Assembly (NCBI RefSeq): GCF_009914755.1
Contig: NC_060936.1
Reading direction: 5' to 3' (one strand)
From: the human T2T-CHM13v2.0 reference genome, Homo sapiens
Length of the DNA stretch: 64,000 nt
Positions 13,027-29,149 of the stretch are shown one piece after another; the stretch's first letter is position 1, and each line of letters starts with the position of its first letter. A program made the translations under genes and the position numbers. The notes under the pieces are model-generated. The model saw only the letters and a list, made by a program, of their open reading frames with translations, ran no database searches and was not told where the DNA came from.

Positions 13027-14119
13027 GTAGGTCAACAAGGGTTGAGCTGTGAATACTCGGTATTAAAAATCTTGTAACACTAGCTCCTATTTCATGAGCT
13101 CCTGCTAGGTGCCAGGCCTGGCATCTGGAAGCCCTTCCTGGATACCCATTAGCTCACTTCATCCTCATGAGATCCCATGAAGCAGGTACGATTATTATCC
13201 CCATTTTATAGACCATACATGTGTATAGCAGTGGGCTTGGCCTCCTCCTTTGACTGAACTGGTGAACTGCCTCCTGCCCTATCAGCACACTAGGAAGACC
13301 ATTTTGCCAGGATATCATTAAACCCAGGATTATAGATTCAGAGAAGCTAAAGAAAAGCTTCCTTACATTTTGGAAAAAATATATAAAAAGCTTTATTCTA
13401 TTTTGTATATTTAGGCTTTTCCTGAGGCTTGTCCACTTGGGTACATTTGGAGCTGGTTACCCTCCATTCCCAAGGTCTGATCCATAGATTTCCATCAAAT
13501 CCCATTAGTAGGGCCATCGTTAAATACAAACAATGTAAGAAGTCCATTTTATTTTAAAATATTGTAGTTAAAGAATGGAGAGGAGGAAATGAGAAAGGAT
13601 GGGAGAACAATAACCAATAATAAAGTTATATAACTTTATTATTTTTTGAGGGAAGACAATGTGGTCTCTAAAAGGACTATAAAAAACCCAGTAGCTATTG
13701 ATGGAAGACATCCCAGAAATTCCTTTGGTGTGTGTGTTGTGGGAAGGGGGTGCTGTTGTAGGTGGAGGGATATAAAAACTATGTCAGGTACAAAATGCTC
13801 TTCTCCTGTACTTTTCTGCCTTCCCACGGCTGTGTCCTTTAGGAGTAAATGTTTGTTGAGCACTTCCACTATCACTTTGCTCACAGACACAGCTCCAGAC
13901 AAGATGGGAGTGTGTTGGTAAAGAAGTACTGTTCTTCCTTCTCTTGACTTTTATCCACTAGACTTCTAAAATGTACTTTAAAATGTCCCAAATTACTTGA
14001 GCAATAATTTCAGTGATTTTTTTCTTTTAAGAAAGAAAACTCCCTGCTTTCTTTCGAACTGCGGTTTGGCTCTATCTTACATTCCAAAGATCACTGAGAT
14101 CAGGACAAATAATGATTCG

Positions 14120-14522
14120 TGACTGGCTAAGACAATACTAGCTGCTGTAACAAATAACTCTGCAAATCTTAGCACACTGGAGGTTTATTTCCCACCCATG
14201 TCACAATCCAGTGCGTTTGTTCTTGGTTGGAAGGCTGGTTGCTGGGGGGTGATTCAGGGACTCAGGCTCCTTCCACCCTGCCCTAGAACCTTGGAGTCCT
14301 CTTTGTTCAGCTGATGGGTGGGGAAAAGAACTACTAGGAAGGCATACCCCCTACTTATCCTTGTCAGCCCAGAAATAAAATAGCACTTCTGCCCATATTC
14401 CATGGACGGGAGCTGGTCCCACGGCCCCACCTTAATGCAGCGGGGGCTGGGGAGTGTGGTCCCTCACTGGGCAGCAGCTTACACTACTCAAATCTCTAAG
14501 GGACAGCTGTTCCTCTCTGCCA
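14120..14522. mobile_element. MLT1 (MaLR) LTR
   Basis: gctgctgtaacaaataac...cacttctgcccatattccat motifs. Confidence 0.6.
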
Positions 14523-15538
14523 CAGTTACCAACAACAAAACTAGTGGCAGTCCCCCCTTATGTTCATATGTAGCTTAGTCATCTCAAAACTCACTCTCAT
14601 TTCATTTCATTTGCTTAATTCCAACACCTATTGGGTCCCATACACTATTGGAGAGATAAGTAAAACACAGTTGATAGGATGGGGGGAAGGCATGTAACCA
14701 GCAACTAGGATGCAGAATATATGGTGAGAGGTCCAGAAACATTGAGGGGCAGATGCTGCTATGGAAAGAGTGCCAGGCTTCAAGTCCCAGGCTTGGATTC
14801 AAGAGCTGGCTCTGCCTTTCAAGCCTCAATTCCTCATCCTAGAAATGAAGATTTAAAAAAATCATCCCCATCTATTTAATTCATAGTGTTACTAGAAGGA
14901 GGAGATAAGACTGCCTGGTAAAAGCTCTTTGTAAACTGTAAAAGGTCATACAAATGCTTGTTCTTTTCAGATGTATCAACCAGAGTGTTCAGAGATTTGG
15001 CCAAGGTCACACAGTTGGTTAGGGCCAAAGGTGTGACAAGGTCCTTCGTCACCTCACACCCTTAGGCCAATTCCACCCCACTGGCAGGAATATTTGGTGG
15101 CTGCTTTTAAGATAGCTAATTCTTCTCAGCCACAGAATAATGAAGGGAGACATTTTACCTCTGATGAGGATGGCTTTCTCCTATAGCTGAGAAAAGTCAT
15201 TGGTAAATGGATGGTGGATGTATCTGGTACACCTTGACTTTACAGTTGGTTTCAAGTCTTCCAAGTCTTTAATATCAGTTGAGGTTACAACTTATGCTAG
15301 TATCACAGTCCTAAATTATCTTGTTTGTTCACTTGTTCATTGTTTGTCTCTACCACTATAATGTAAGCTTTTGAGGGCAGGAAGCTCATCTGTCTTGTTC
15401 ACTACTATATCCTATCTAGCCATACTTTTAGGCTGTCAGTCAGTATTTGTTGGGTGAATGAGTGGATGAATGGATGAACAGGTGTAGAAATGCCATTGAC
15501 TTATAACATTGTCAAGCAATTAAAGAATGCAAATCTGA

Positions 15539-15940
<402 letters not shown>

Positions 15941-17524
15941 CTAGCCTGTGACCTTGAGCAAGGCACTTAACCTCTCTGAGCCTGGATTTGTTTTGCTACA
16001 AGATGAAAATAATAATTATACCTATCTCATAGTGAACATGAAATTGTGTATGTAAAGTGTCTGATTTTGTTCTAGAATATGATGTTAGGCATTTTTGTAA
16101 TTATTTTATTGAGAGCCTTCCAAGCCTGGTACACTTAGGGACCCCAATTGCAAGTCATCACAGGTGTTTCCACAAGGTGCCAATGTTCAGAATGAACTAA
16201 ATATGAACATGGAAAAAGAAATAGAAAATTTGCTTGGTATTCCTAAGGAAATCATCTCCTAGTACTTCACTGAGCTGAGAGACAAAGGGCCGAGAGTTCA
16301 GAAGATTGAAACAGATACCTCAGGAAACTTAATTTTACTAATAATTTGGAATCATTTGCCTCTGATTCTTTCACTGTTTATGCTTGTAAGGTGTAAGAAC
16401 TTATCAGAACTCTCCTTTCTGCCTAATAATGTTTCCATTTGTTAAATGCCTACACGATGCCAAGCATTTTACATAAGCTATCTTATTTCACCCTAATAGT
16501 AGGAAGACATCATTATCTTCATTTTACAAATGCTGGTAACTCTGAGAGTTATATGTTTAGTCCTGAGCTCCAGATTCAATTGACTTGAAATTTAACTTAA
16601 CACGGCCAAACCAGAGCTCTTAATTTTCTGCCCCAAATCTGTTTTTCCCAGGTCTTAGATTGCCACTCCCCTCCACCCAATTGCTTAAGCCACAAACTTT
16701 GATTCTCTCCTTTCCCTCACCCTTCAGATCCAGTCCACTGGGAGATCCTGTCAGCTCCACCTTCTGCAGGGAAACACTGCATCTGTCCATTTCATGCCTA
16801 ACTTCCAAGCCTTAGTGCTTGAGCTAAGGCCATTCTCCCTCCTTCCTTTTCCTTCTCACCTGGAGGAACAAGTATCATTGGACAATAAATGACCTAAAAT
16901 GCAGAGTAGAAAGGGATGTTAAAACTGGAGAATACATCTTCTACAAAAGCCACTCAGCAAACTGAGGATGGATCAGCCTTCCCAGTGCAGCTTGAACAGG
17001 CTTCAAACAGACAGATGCCTGCTGAGGAGACTGATTTTGCACAGATTTGTTTAAATCCACACAACAGCTGATCTTTTCTAGACATTCTGCTAGAAATTGA
17101 CTGCTCATATAAAAAAGGGGGTACGGCTGCCTGCAAGAAGAGCTAAGTAAGGCAAATGAATTCAAAATGTGTCAACTCAAGAATCAGCTGGGCAGAGCTT
17201 CTTACTCAGAGTTAGAGGAGCAGACAAGAAGGCCCAGGACCTGACCTGAGCCTGACGCCCAGGGAATGAGCTGGGATCAGGGGACAGTGGAGGGTCCTCT
17301 GGAGGGCAAGTACCTTGTCCAAAAGCCGTGGACATCTCCAGGCTCAGGCCACGCTAATAGTCAGCCACCGGGTGTCTCAGTGACAGAACAAAAGTCTTGA
17401 TAGGTGAGCGGAGCCACAGTAGGGATCCTGGCTGGGTGACATTCAGAAACATAGGCAAGAAAGTCTCAAACACCTAGGGCAGGACACTGATCTCTTGAGC
17501 CCAGTAGTGGTAGTGCCTCCATGA

Positions 17525-17735
17525 TATAATAGTAGTAATAACAGCTAACCTTTATTAAACATCTATGATGTGCCAAGCACTAGAAGCACTTTTTAGAAAT
17601 CTTCACCAAAACCTATGCAGTAAATACTGCTTTTATCCCCATTTCACAGAAGGGGAACGGAGGCTTAGAGATATGATACTCCTCAGTAGTGGAGCCAGGA
17701 TTAGAACCCTGCAAGTCAGTCTTCACTCCTCCAGA
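17525..17735 (-). mobile_element. MIR
   Basis: atccccatttcacagaaggggaacggaggcttagaga. Confidence 0.75.
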
Positions 17736-18419
17736 TTTTGTTTTCATTTTCAATCTGGATGAAAACTTTGCAGTATTTCCACTGTCAGGGAATAAACAGG
17801 ACTCTAACTGAAGTCTTTTCGATTTACAGACCTGACTTCATTCACCACTACGATCATGTTTTCGGCAATCACCACTTCTCTCCTAGGAAGTCAGAGGGGC
17901 ATGCCTTTATCCCTGTTCCTTATCCTCCAAGCCTTCCATCCTGTACTTCCACAGGGAAGTCCAGGCAGGCTGTAGGCATCAGGGAAGCCTATTCACAGGA
18001 GGCTGAGATGGAGTCACCAGGCTAGAGTCGGGGCATGGCTCTACTAGCCAGAGGCAGCCTTTTCAGAGCAAAATTAGGCCCTACTCCTTGGAGGGGCCTG
18101 AAGGATGCTGCAGGTTACCAGGGCAGGGGCAGAAAGCTGGGAAGTAGGCAGCAGTCTAGGGAGAGACATGGGCCTCAGCAATGGGGTAGAAACCCAGTTA
18201 CCATGTGAAGAACAAATGCCACAAGAGAGACTGTGGAAGGACTAAGGCAGACATAGGCTCTATCTCAGCCATACCCTGACTGGCTGTCTGGCTTTGGACA
18301 ACTAATATCTCTGCAAATAAGAGTAATGATTCTCAGCTATAGTATTATGAGTATTACATGAAAGAACCTAAGCAAAGTACCTGGCATATAGTAGGTACTC
18401 GATAAAGAAAGCTAATGGC

Positions 18420-18746
<327 letters not shown>

Positions 18747-19944
18747 CTAGAGGGACTCAATTATCTCCCACACCAAATCAGGATTGATTTGGGGAAACAG
18801 GGATGTGGATAATGCTACATGTGGAACTCAAGAGTGCCCATCTGTTGGGGAGAGAAGGAAACATGATCCAGAAACCAAGTCAAACCCATTGGAATGTATA
18901 AAAATTCAGTTATGTGTTCCCCAGCTTCGAGATGGGCTGCTCCCCAACTGAAGATGTGCTGCAGATGTTAGCTGATAGCTGAAGTCTAGATTTTCTCAAA
19001 TGTTATTATATACATCAGTTACTATCTTCTACTATTTCTCTTCACTTCCCTTACCTTTCCCACCACTTCACCCCCTATTCTACTCAACTTCTAATCCACA
19101 GCTAAAAGACAGAGGTGTAGGGGAGGCGGCAAGGGGTTCTCTGCTTTGGACATTCACTCTGCCCTTCGTTCAGTAACAATGTGGCTCAAGTTCCTGCTAT
19201 CATCATATTAATAGTAATAATTGCATTTCTGGGTGCCTGCTATAATCTGGTTCTTTGCTAGTGGTTTGGGGAGTTTTAAAAAGTCAGTCACACACACTTC
19301 ATGTGCCCACATAGCTTACCACTCAGGTATCACCATCTAGCATCCCATATAGCACCCACTGGCCAGGGAGCTTTGGGAAATGGAAGAATTCTGATATGAA
19401 AAGACTTTTGCACTTGACCCAATCTTTGACGCACAAATTTGAATCAGAATTTTGTGTGTGTGGCACCTACTCTCCTTTCAGCCACACTCCTTTTACCCGC
19501 GACTCCCATACCTTTCCCTTCCTTCCCAGAATACCCAGGGGCCCCTGAGGTTCAGTGGGCTCAAAGAATAGTGAGTACTAGTGCTCCGACCTTTTTAAAA
19601 ACAATGCCCCACCTTCCTTTCCTTAAACTCTTCCCAGACCTCAGTAAGCACTGAAGGCGCTGAGGGGTGAAAGTGCTTCATCTTTTGGGGCAGAGGAGAC
19701 CCCAGCCTGCCAGGCTAGTCAGTTCCCCAGCAGTGTGCATGTTGCATGCCTAGGCAGAGGGAAGACTTGAAGCAGGAGAAACTCCCAGGGCCTCCTACAA
19801 CATGGCAGGCTGGGGGTGACTTCTGCTGCCGCAGGGGAAGTAGATGACAGCATTGTAGACTGGGTTGGCCTTGGTGGAGTCCCAAGCTTCTGTTGGGAGG
19901 GCCCTGGGTAACCTCATGATTCTTCTCTCTGTGGGTCAATACAG

Positions 19945-20108
19945 GTTCAAAGTTTCCTTCTGCACTTTTGGCAAGGAATGCCGCCCCACATGCTGCCTGT
20001 GCTGGGCTCCTCCACGGTGGTGAACATTGTCGGCGTGTGTGACTCCATCCTCTACAAAGCTATCTCCGGGGTGCTGATGCCCACTGTGCTGCAGGCATTA
20101 CCTGACAG
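19945..20108 (+). CDS. RFX4: RFX4 exon ~8 (164 nt): [15 protein letters not shown]...LQALPDS
   Basis: tacag|GTT ... GAC AG|gtgggc; overlaps ORF 19978..20226. Confidence 0.96.
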
Positions 20109-21133
20109 GTGGGCATGCTTATTCTTGTCTTCCTTCACGGCTGGTCCACAGAAGGGATTGTTCTGCTTCTCTTGTACTGATTATAATCATGCACTGTCCA
20201 GAGGCCTCCCTTGTAAAGACCATTAATATTGAACTTTTAAATATTAAAGTTTATTTATATTTTGGAATATAAATAAACTGTTAATATTTTGAACCATTTG
20301 TGTGGCTTAAAATTCAAAGGTATAAGATGGTGTACAGTAAACAATCTCCCCACCAGACTCCTGTTCCCCAGACAACCCAGTCCCTTCCCAGAACATCAAA
20401 TAGAATCATTTTCTTGGAGTCTGTCCAGATCTGATATGCACATGTAATCAATGCATATAATATACTGTTTTTCTTACTGAAATGGTGACATACACTATAC
20501 CCTGTTCTGTGCCTTGCTGTAAAACAAAACAACTTAACCTTGAAGTTTATGCTGGACAGCTTCCATGCCCCTCCAGATGTACTCTCCACCACACTTCATG
20601 CTGCCTTCTGCTGGGGCCAGAGGTGGGGCATATGCTGATAGCATGGGCCACCACACAGGGCGCTTCTCAGGGAGGGATGGAGGGAGGAGAGTGAAGTCAG
20701 GAGATGGATTATCTGGCCCCCTTCCTGTGAGATTGTGTTGAGCTGGCTGGGTTCCTTCACTGGGCTGTGTTCCCTTCCAAGCAACTTTCCAGGCTGTCCT
20801 TGGGCACAGAGTGGGCGAGAACCTGTGCTCCGAGCCTTAGGTTGCAGCAGTCTCCCTCATAGTTCCTCTACTCCGTCCACACCTTTGTGACATGTCCCTT
20901 GTAAATAAACCCACCCATTTAGAGTGGCACTCCTTCCTGTTGGGACTGTTACAAAGCACATTGCACATCCATGTATAAGGTATAAGGAGCTTTTTTCTTT
21001 TTTACAACTGTATAGGGTTCCACCATCTTGCATTTAGTCAATTCTCTTGATATGTCCAGTTTTGTCCTACTCCAAACAACACTGTGATGAATGACATTTC
21101 ATTTACCTTTTTTTTTTTTTTAACATGGTGAAG

Positions 21134-21410
21134 TGCATTAGTTTCCTGTAACTACTGTAACAAATTACCACAAACTGGCGGGGTGACTTAAAACAACAGA
21201 AAAGTTATTCTCCCACACTTCTGGAGGCCAGAAGTCCCAAATCAAGCATTGGCAGGGTTGGTTCCTTACTGAGGCTCTAAGGGAGAGTATGTGCCATGCC
21301 TGTCTTCTGGCTCCCGGTGTTGCCAGCAATCCTTGGTGTTTCTTGGCTTGCAGACGCATCACTCTAATCTCTGCCTCCACCTTCACAGTGCTTCCTGCTC
21401 TGTGTGTGTG
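21134..21410. mobile_element. MLT1 (MaLR) LTR
   Basis: ctgtaacaaattaccacaaactgg..cttaaaacaacaga..ttctggaggccagaagtcc. Confidence 0.85.
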
Positions 21411-21573
21411 TGATTTTCAATCTGTATACCTTTTCCCCACCCCTGTCTTATTGCACTGGCTAAAATCTTTAGGATGATGTCCTAGCCTAGGCAAGGGTGG
21501 ACATCTTTGCATTTACCCTGACCTTAAGGGGAAAGCATTCAGTATTTACTATAAAATACAATGCTAGCTATAG

Positions 21574-21936
<363 letters not shown>

Positions 21937-21939
21937 AAT

Positions 21940-22160
21940 TAATTTTTTTTTAAGATGAGGTCTTGTTCTGTTGCCTGGGCTGGAGTGCAGTGGTGCAATC
22001 ATTGATCACTGCTCACTGCAGCCTCAAACTCCTGGGTTCAAGTGATCCTCCTGCCCCAGCCTGCGGAGTAGCTAGAACTATAGGCATGCCCCACAGGACC
22101 TGGCTAATTTAAAAAAAAAATTTGTAGAGATAGGGTCTCACTATACAGCCTAGTCTGGTG
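21940..22160 (-). mobile_element. AluJ (partial)
   Basis: gctcactgcagcctcaaactcctggg. Confidence 0.85.
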
Positions 22161-23689
22161 GTCATAAATTTTTAAAAAATATGTTGCTAGATCTGAATTG
22201 TTAATATTTTGTTCAGAGGGTTTTATAGTTCATCAAAGTTATTTGATCAATAACGAAAGTTACTCATCTTTAGTTTTCTTGTCTCATAATGTCTTTCTCT
22301 TATTTAGATATCAGAGGAAACCTGGCCTCATAAATGCATTGAAAAGTGTTCCCTCTCTTCTTTTTTTTTTTAATTCATAATATTTTCTTATTATCCTTTT
22401 AATATCTGTAGGCTCTGTAGTGATGTGTCCTTTCTCATTCCCGATGTAGGTAATTTGTGTTTTCTTTCCTTTTTCTTGGTCAGTGTGACTAGAAATTTTT
22501 CAGTGTTATTGATCTCAAAAAATAGCTTTTGGTTTCTCTGGTTTCTTGCTTTCTGTTTTCAATTTTATTGACTTTTGCTTTTTATCTTTATTCCTCCCTT
22601 TTTGTGCTTGCTTTGGGTTTATTTTGCTCTTCTTTTTTTAGTTTCTTTAAGTGAAAGCTTAGGTCATTGATTATAAATCTTTCTACTTTCCTAATAAAAG
22701 CATTTAATGCTATAAATTTTATTCTAATCTCTACTTAGCTGCACCCACAGATTTTGATATGTTGGATTTTCATTTTAATTCCATTCAAAATATTTTCTAC
22801 TTTCTCTTGTGAATTCCTCTTTGATCTATGGGGTATTTAGAAGTAAACTGTTTAATTTCTAAATATTTGGGGATTTTCAAGATATCTTTCTATTAATAAT
22901 TTCTAGTTTAATTCCCTTCTGGTCATATTATATACATAGTAATATATCAATTCTTTTAAGTTGATACTTGTTTCATGCTCCAGAATGTGGCCTATTGGTG
23001 AATGTTCTATGTGTACCTGAAAAAGCTATATATTCTGGTATCATTAGGTTAATTATTCTATAAATGTCAACTAGGTCAAGTTAATTGATAGTATTGTTTA
23101 AATTTTCTTTGTCTTTACTGATTTTCTGTCCATTTGTTCTATTGATTAGCAATAGAGAAGTATAGACACCTCCAGCTCTAATTGTGAATTTGTCTATTTC
23201 TATACATTTTTGCTTCATGTATTTTGAAGCTCTGATGTTAAATGCATACAAATTAGAACTGTTATGTCTTATTGGTGAATTGACTTCTTTTCATAATGTC
23301 TTTTTTTATCTTTCATAATATTTCTTGTTCAGAAGTTTACTTTGTCTGTTTGTAATATAGCTACTCCAGGTTTTTTTTAAATTAGTGTTTGCATTACATT
23401 TTTTTCCACCCTGTTAATTTGTCTTTATATTTGAAGTAGATTTCTTGTAACCAACATAGAAACATAGAGGGAGGTCTTTCTTTTTTATTGTCTGGCAATT
23501 TTCCTTTTTAGTTGGTATGGTATGTGTAGATCTTTATATTTCATGTAATTAAATATATGGTTCAATTAAGATCTTCCCTCTTCCTAGTTGTTTTCTATTA
23601 GTTTCATCAGTTTTTGCTCCTTTATTCCTCTTGTTGTGCCTAATTTTGTTTAATTATTTTTATCATCCCATTTATCTCCATGGTTGGCT

Positions 23690-24398
<709 letters not shown>

Positions 24399-25412
24399 TC
24401 AAATAATGTTATACTGCTTCACATGTAGTGTAAGAATCTTAACAACAGTATACTCCCTATTTGTCCTCCCATTTTTATGCTATTGTTGTCATACATTTTG
24501 TTTTTGTATATGCTATAAACTCCTAAAACATTATAACTATTTTTGCTTTAGATAACTATCTTTGAGAATGATTAAAGATATGAAAAAATATTTTATATCT
24601 GCTTTCATTCACATGATTCCTAATCTTCATTTCTTTGTGTATATCCAACTCATCGGTGTAATATATGAGTTGGATATGTAATCATAGTCCTCTGCCTGCA
24701 AAATTTTCTTTAATGTTTCTCATATTGCAGGTCTAGTGGTAACAAATTATTTGTTTCTGAAGAGGTCTTTATTTCTCTTTGATTTTGAGAAATACTTTCA
24801 CTGGGTATGGTATTCTGAATTAACACGTTTTTCACTTTTGGCATTTTAAACATTTCACTCCATTGTTTTTGGCTTGCATGTTTGTCTTTTGTACATCTTT
24901 GCTCCTCTGTAGGCAGTGTGCCTTTTTTCCTTGGATGCCTCCACAGTTTTCTCTGTCTTTGGTTTTTCAGTCTCTATCTTTGGTTTTCAGCTGTTCGACC
25001 ATGATGTGTCTCAATGCTTTGTGTTGTTTTCAATCCTACTTGGGGTTTTCTGAGCTTCTCGGATCTGTGCTTTGATGTATTTCATTATTTTTGGAAAATA
25101 CCCATTCATTATCTTCTTCTCTGCTTTCTCTCTTTTTTCTCCTCCTGATATTTCAATTACAAGTATGTTAGGCCATTTGATACTGTCCCACAACTCCCGG
25201 ATGCTTGATTTTGCTTTTTCTCTACTCATTTTTCTCCTTGTGTTTTAGATGGAGTAATTTTTACTGACCTATCTTCAGGTTCACTGAGTCTTTCCTTTGC
25301 TATGCCAATGCTACTAATGAGACTATTGAAAGCATTTTTTATCTCCATCACTGTACTTTGTTTTTATGTCAATTTCTAATATTACATTCTTTTAAAAGTA
25401 ATTTCTGCATTC

Positions 25413-25680
25413 TGGCTGGGTGCCGTATGGCTCACACCTGTAATCCCAGTGCTTTGGGAGATGAAGGCAGAAGGATCACTTGAGGACAGCCCAGACAACA
25501 TAGCAAGATCCTGTCTCTACAAAAAAAAATTAGCTGGGTATAGTGGCTTGTGCCTATAGTCTAGCCACTCAAGATGCTGAGGCGGGAAAATTAATTGAGC
25601 CCAGAAATTTGAGGTTACAATGAATCATGATCCAGGCCGGATGACAGAGCAAGACCCTGTCTCTAATAATAATTATTATC
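25413..25680 (+). mobile_element. AluJ with internal deletions
   Basis: Diverged dimer. Confidence 0.85.
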
Positions 25681-27445
25681 ACATTTATTATTAATATATT
25701 AATTTTATAGTAGTAATTATTTATGTGTTCTTCTGAAATTCCACCTCTGTTCATGCTTGTTTACTTTTTCCATTAGAGCTTTTAACATAGTAATCATAGT
25801 TACTTTAAATTTTAAATTTCCTGTCTGATAGTCTGGTTATGTTGATTGTTTTGTTTCTTGACAGTAGGTTCTTTTTCTTAATTTTCTGTTTATCTCATAA
25901 TTTTTATTGGCTGCCAAACAGTGTGTAGAAGAGTAGAGACTGGGGTAAATAATACTTATGCCTGGAAATGGGCATGCTTCTTCCCCTGGGCTCTGAATAT
26001 GAGTTGAGGCAGTCTATTCGGGAGTTCATTGCATTTGGGTTTTGTTGTTCCTATGATTACCTTTAGTGTAGCACCAGATTTAAATTCTTCTGGGGTACTT
26101 TGTGCTTAAGTTGGAGATTTGTTGGGTTGTTTCCCTTAATGTGCCTACTCCTTTACCTGTAGGCCATCCCTATGCACACAGTTGCTTAAGACTTGGTGCT
26201 TGTTAGCCTGATTGGAGCTGGAAGTGGGGATGTGGGTTCTCCTTTGTACAGTCCTGTTTCAGTCTTAAGCAAGCCCTGTGCTTTGGATCTCAGAGTTGGG
26301 CACTCTCAGTGATCTTGACTCATTGCAGAGACAAAACTCTAGTGATTTGATCCCTTGGTGGTTTCTAGCAGGGTTACAGAGCTTTCTCTTTTCATCTTTC
26401 CCCCACCTACAACGGGTCTTCCCTATTCCCTGGGGTCAACAGTGTTTTCTGCTTTTCCCCTAGTCAACTGAGGCTTTTGTTCCATAAGGGAGAAAGGTCT
26501 TGGTGGAACTTCATGCTTTTTCCACAGCAACAGCTGTTCCCTTCCTCCAAACATGTACCTCTCAGAAAGGCTTCTTCTGTCCTCCTGTCCTGTCCCCAGT
26601 CTTCCTCATGAACACCTGGTGAGGCCTGTGGAGGAGGGCTTGCAAATAGATGTGAACTTCTTTTGCATCTGTCATTCCAAGAGTTCTATACTCTCATGGT
26701 AGTTCATATTGGCCCATTAGCAATTTGTTAAAAGTGTTAGCAAAATTTATTTCACCCACTTGTATGTAACGCCCTGTTTTCTTCCCTCTATTGCAAGTGA
26801 GCCAGTCCCCAAGTCCTTCTCTCATTGGAGGTGCCTTTCTTTCCATAAATTCCAGGCTACATGATTGTGACCTCAGCTCTCTAATGGTTTAAAGAAAAGT
26901 TATAATTTTGTAGATTATCTGGCTTTTTCTTGTTATGGTGGAAGTGATGCTCTTTCCGGCTTTCCACATTGTAGATGGAACGGAAACACACCCAAATAGG
27001 TTAACAAAGGTTACCTCCAGAGGGGATTATGGCCACATTTTAGTCTCATCCTTTTCTGCATTATTCAAATGTTCTACATTAAGACCGAATTTCAATTTTT
27101 ATAATAATATGTATATGTCTATATTATATACGTAGGAGCCATTTAGGGCTTTGTGTTATTAAAATCTTTCTCAGTCACTGATCAAGTGAACGGAGGCTAA
27201 ATCTCCACTTTTATTTTGTACCACAAAGGTATCTTCTGAGGATTTAGTAAAACACATCTTTATAAGAAAGATTCACATACTTTTAATAATGCTTTATAGG
27301 TGTTAAACACACACATACACATGGCATTTGCTGTTTATTACAAAGCAGTTTGTGGGGTACAAATGAAATGTTAACCCCTCCCTTCCTATCTATAATTGAC
27401 TTATTTTTACAGATGTGGAGGTTAAAGATTAAAAGCTGAAATGAG

Positions 27446-27753
<308 letters not shown>

Positions 27754-28461
27754 GGCTGAAATGACTTGTCTACCTTCACCTGCAAATAAATGAAATAGTC
27801 AGGACTCGAATATTCATTCAAGAAAACCACAATATTCATTCATTCATTAAACAAATGTTGATTGATTACTACAATGTGCTAGGGACTATGCTAGTTCCTG
27901 GAATACAGCATTACATAAGATAAGCATGCTCCCTGCTCTCATTGAGTTACAGTCTGCCAAAGGAGACTGTTAAAAAAATCACGTGGTTACATAATTACTA
28001 CTGCAATCTTAGCCTGCAAGGCTTACAAATCAAGTGCCGTTTTCATTAAATCAGGAAGACAAAGTTATTCAAAACATCAGGCTCCATCTGAGAGCTGACT
28101 TTTCAGTTTTATATATTCATCCATCCCTCAAACTTTTTTGAGTGCCTTTTCTGTACCAAGCCTTGTGCTTGGCATCATGGAAATGAGAATTGGTACTAGA
28201 AGTTCTCACTCATGACCCTGGGCAGGCCCAGGCTGAGGCACATCTCCCCACCCCCTAGCTCAGACCCATCCCTTCCTTTCCAACTCAGAAGAGCATGTTG
28301 AAATTCAGGGGAATAAAAAGACACTATGATAGAGATAACCATGGATCATACACTCCCATTTATAAGAAAGGGAAATCATTCTCAAACTGGGGTTTTTCAC
28401 TTCTTCCAAGTAATCTCAGCACAGTGGTTGTTAATAACAATTGGGTTAGCTATAGTAAGAA

Positions 28462-28516
28462 AGTGTGTGTGTATGCATGTGTGTGTGTGCATGTGTGTGT
28501 GTGCGCGTGTGTGTGT
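28462..28516 (+). repeat. Imperfect (GT)n microsatellite
   Basis: Direct read. Confidence 0.9.
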
Positions 28517-28669
28517 CGTATGGGCAGGGAGGAGAAGTCAAAGAGGCAAAGAAAAGACTGAGGACCAAGCCTGAAATGCCAAAGGAATAGCAACATCAGA
28601 CAGAAAGGCAGAGGGCACTGGAGATGGGGAGCAGCAAGGCATGTCAAAGTGCACAATGTGGTACTTTCA

Positions 28670-28920
28670 TCAAAGTGGAGTAGGACAGCGGTTGTAAGTC
28701 AGATAGACCTGGGCTTTACTCCTGGCTCTGCCACTTGCTGCATCTCTTTGGACAAGTAAAATAACTTTTGTGAGCCTCGATTTCTCACCTCTCTGTTGGG
28801 ACTAACAACAGTATGTACTTCTAGGGCTGAGGTGAGGATTAATTAAGAAAGTACATGTGAAGTGTTCAGTAGCTTGGCACATTGCACTCATTAAAAGGTA
28901 ACTGCTGTTATCACCGTTGT
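28670..28920 (+). mobile_element. MIR
   Basis: agtcagatagacctggg..cctggctctgccactt..gagcctcgatttctc. Confidence 0.75.
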
Positions 28921-29149
28921 TGCAGTTGTAACAGCATCACTGCTGATGGGCATTCAGGGAGCTACGAGTGTGGAGTTAAGATGTAGGAGAAGGGCTGAAG
29001 CTGGAGCTGTAGACTTGGCAGCCAGCCGCACAAGAGGGAGGAAAAGTGTGTCCCTAGAAGTGGAGGACAGACCCTGGCATCCCAGCCTAGGGAAGGAAAG
29101 AGGTGGAGGGAAAGCGGAGGAAGGAGGTCGAGCTGCAGGTATACACCCA

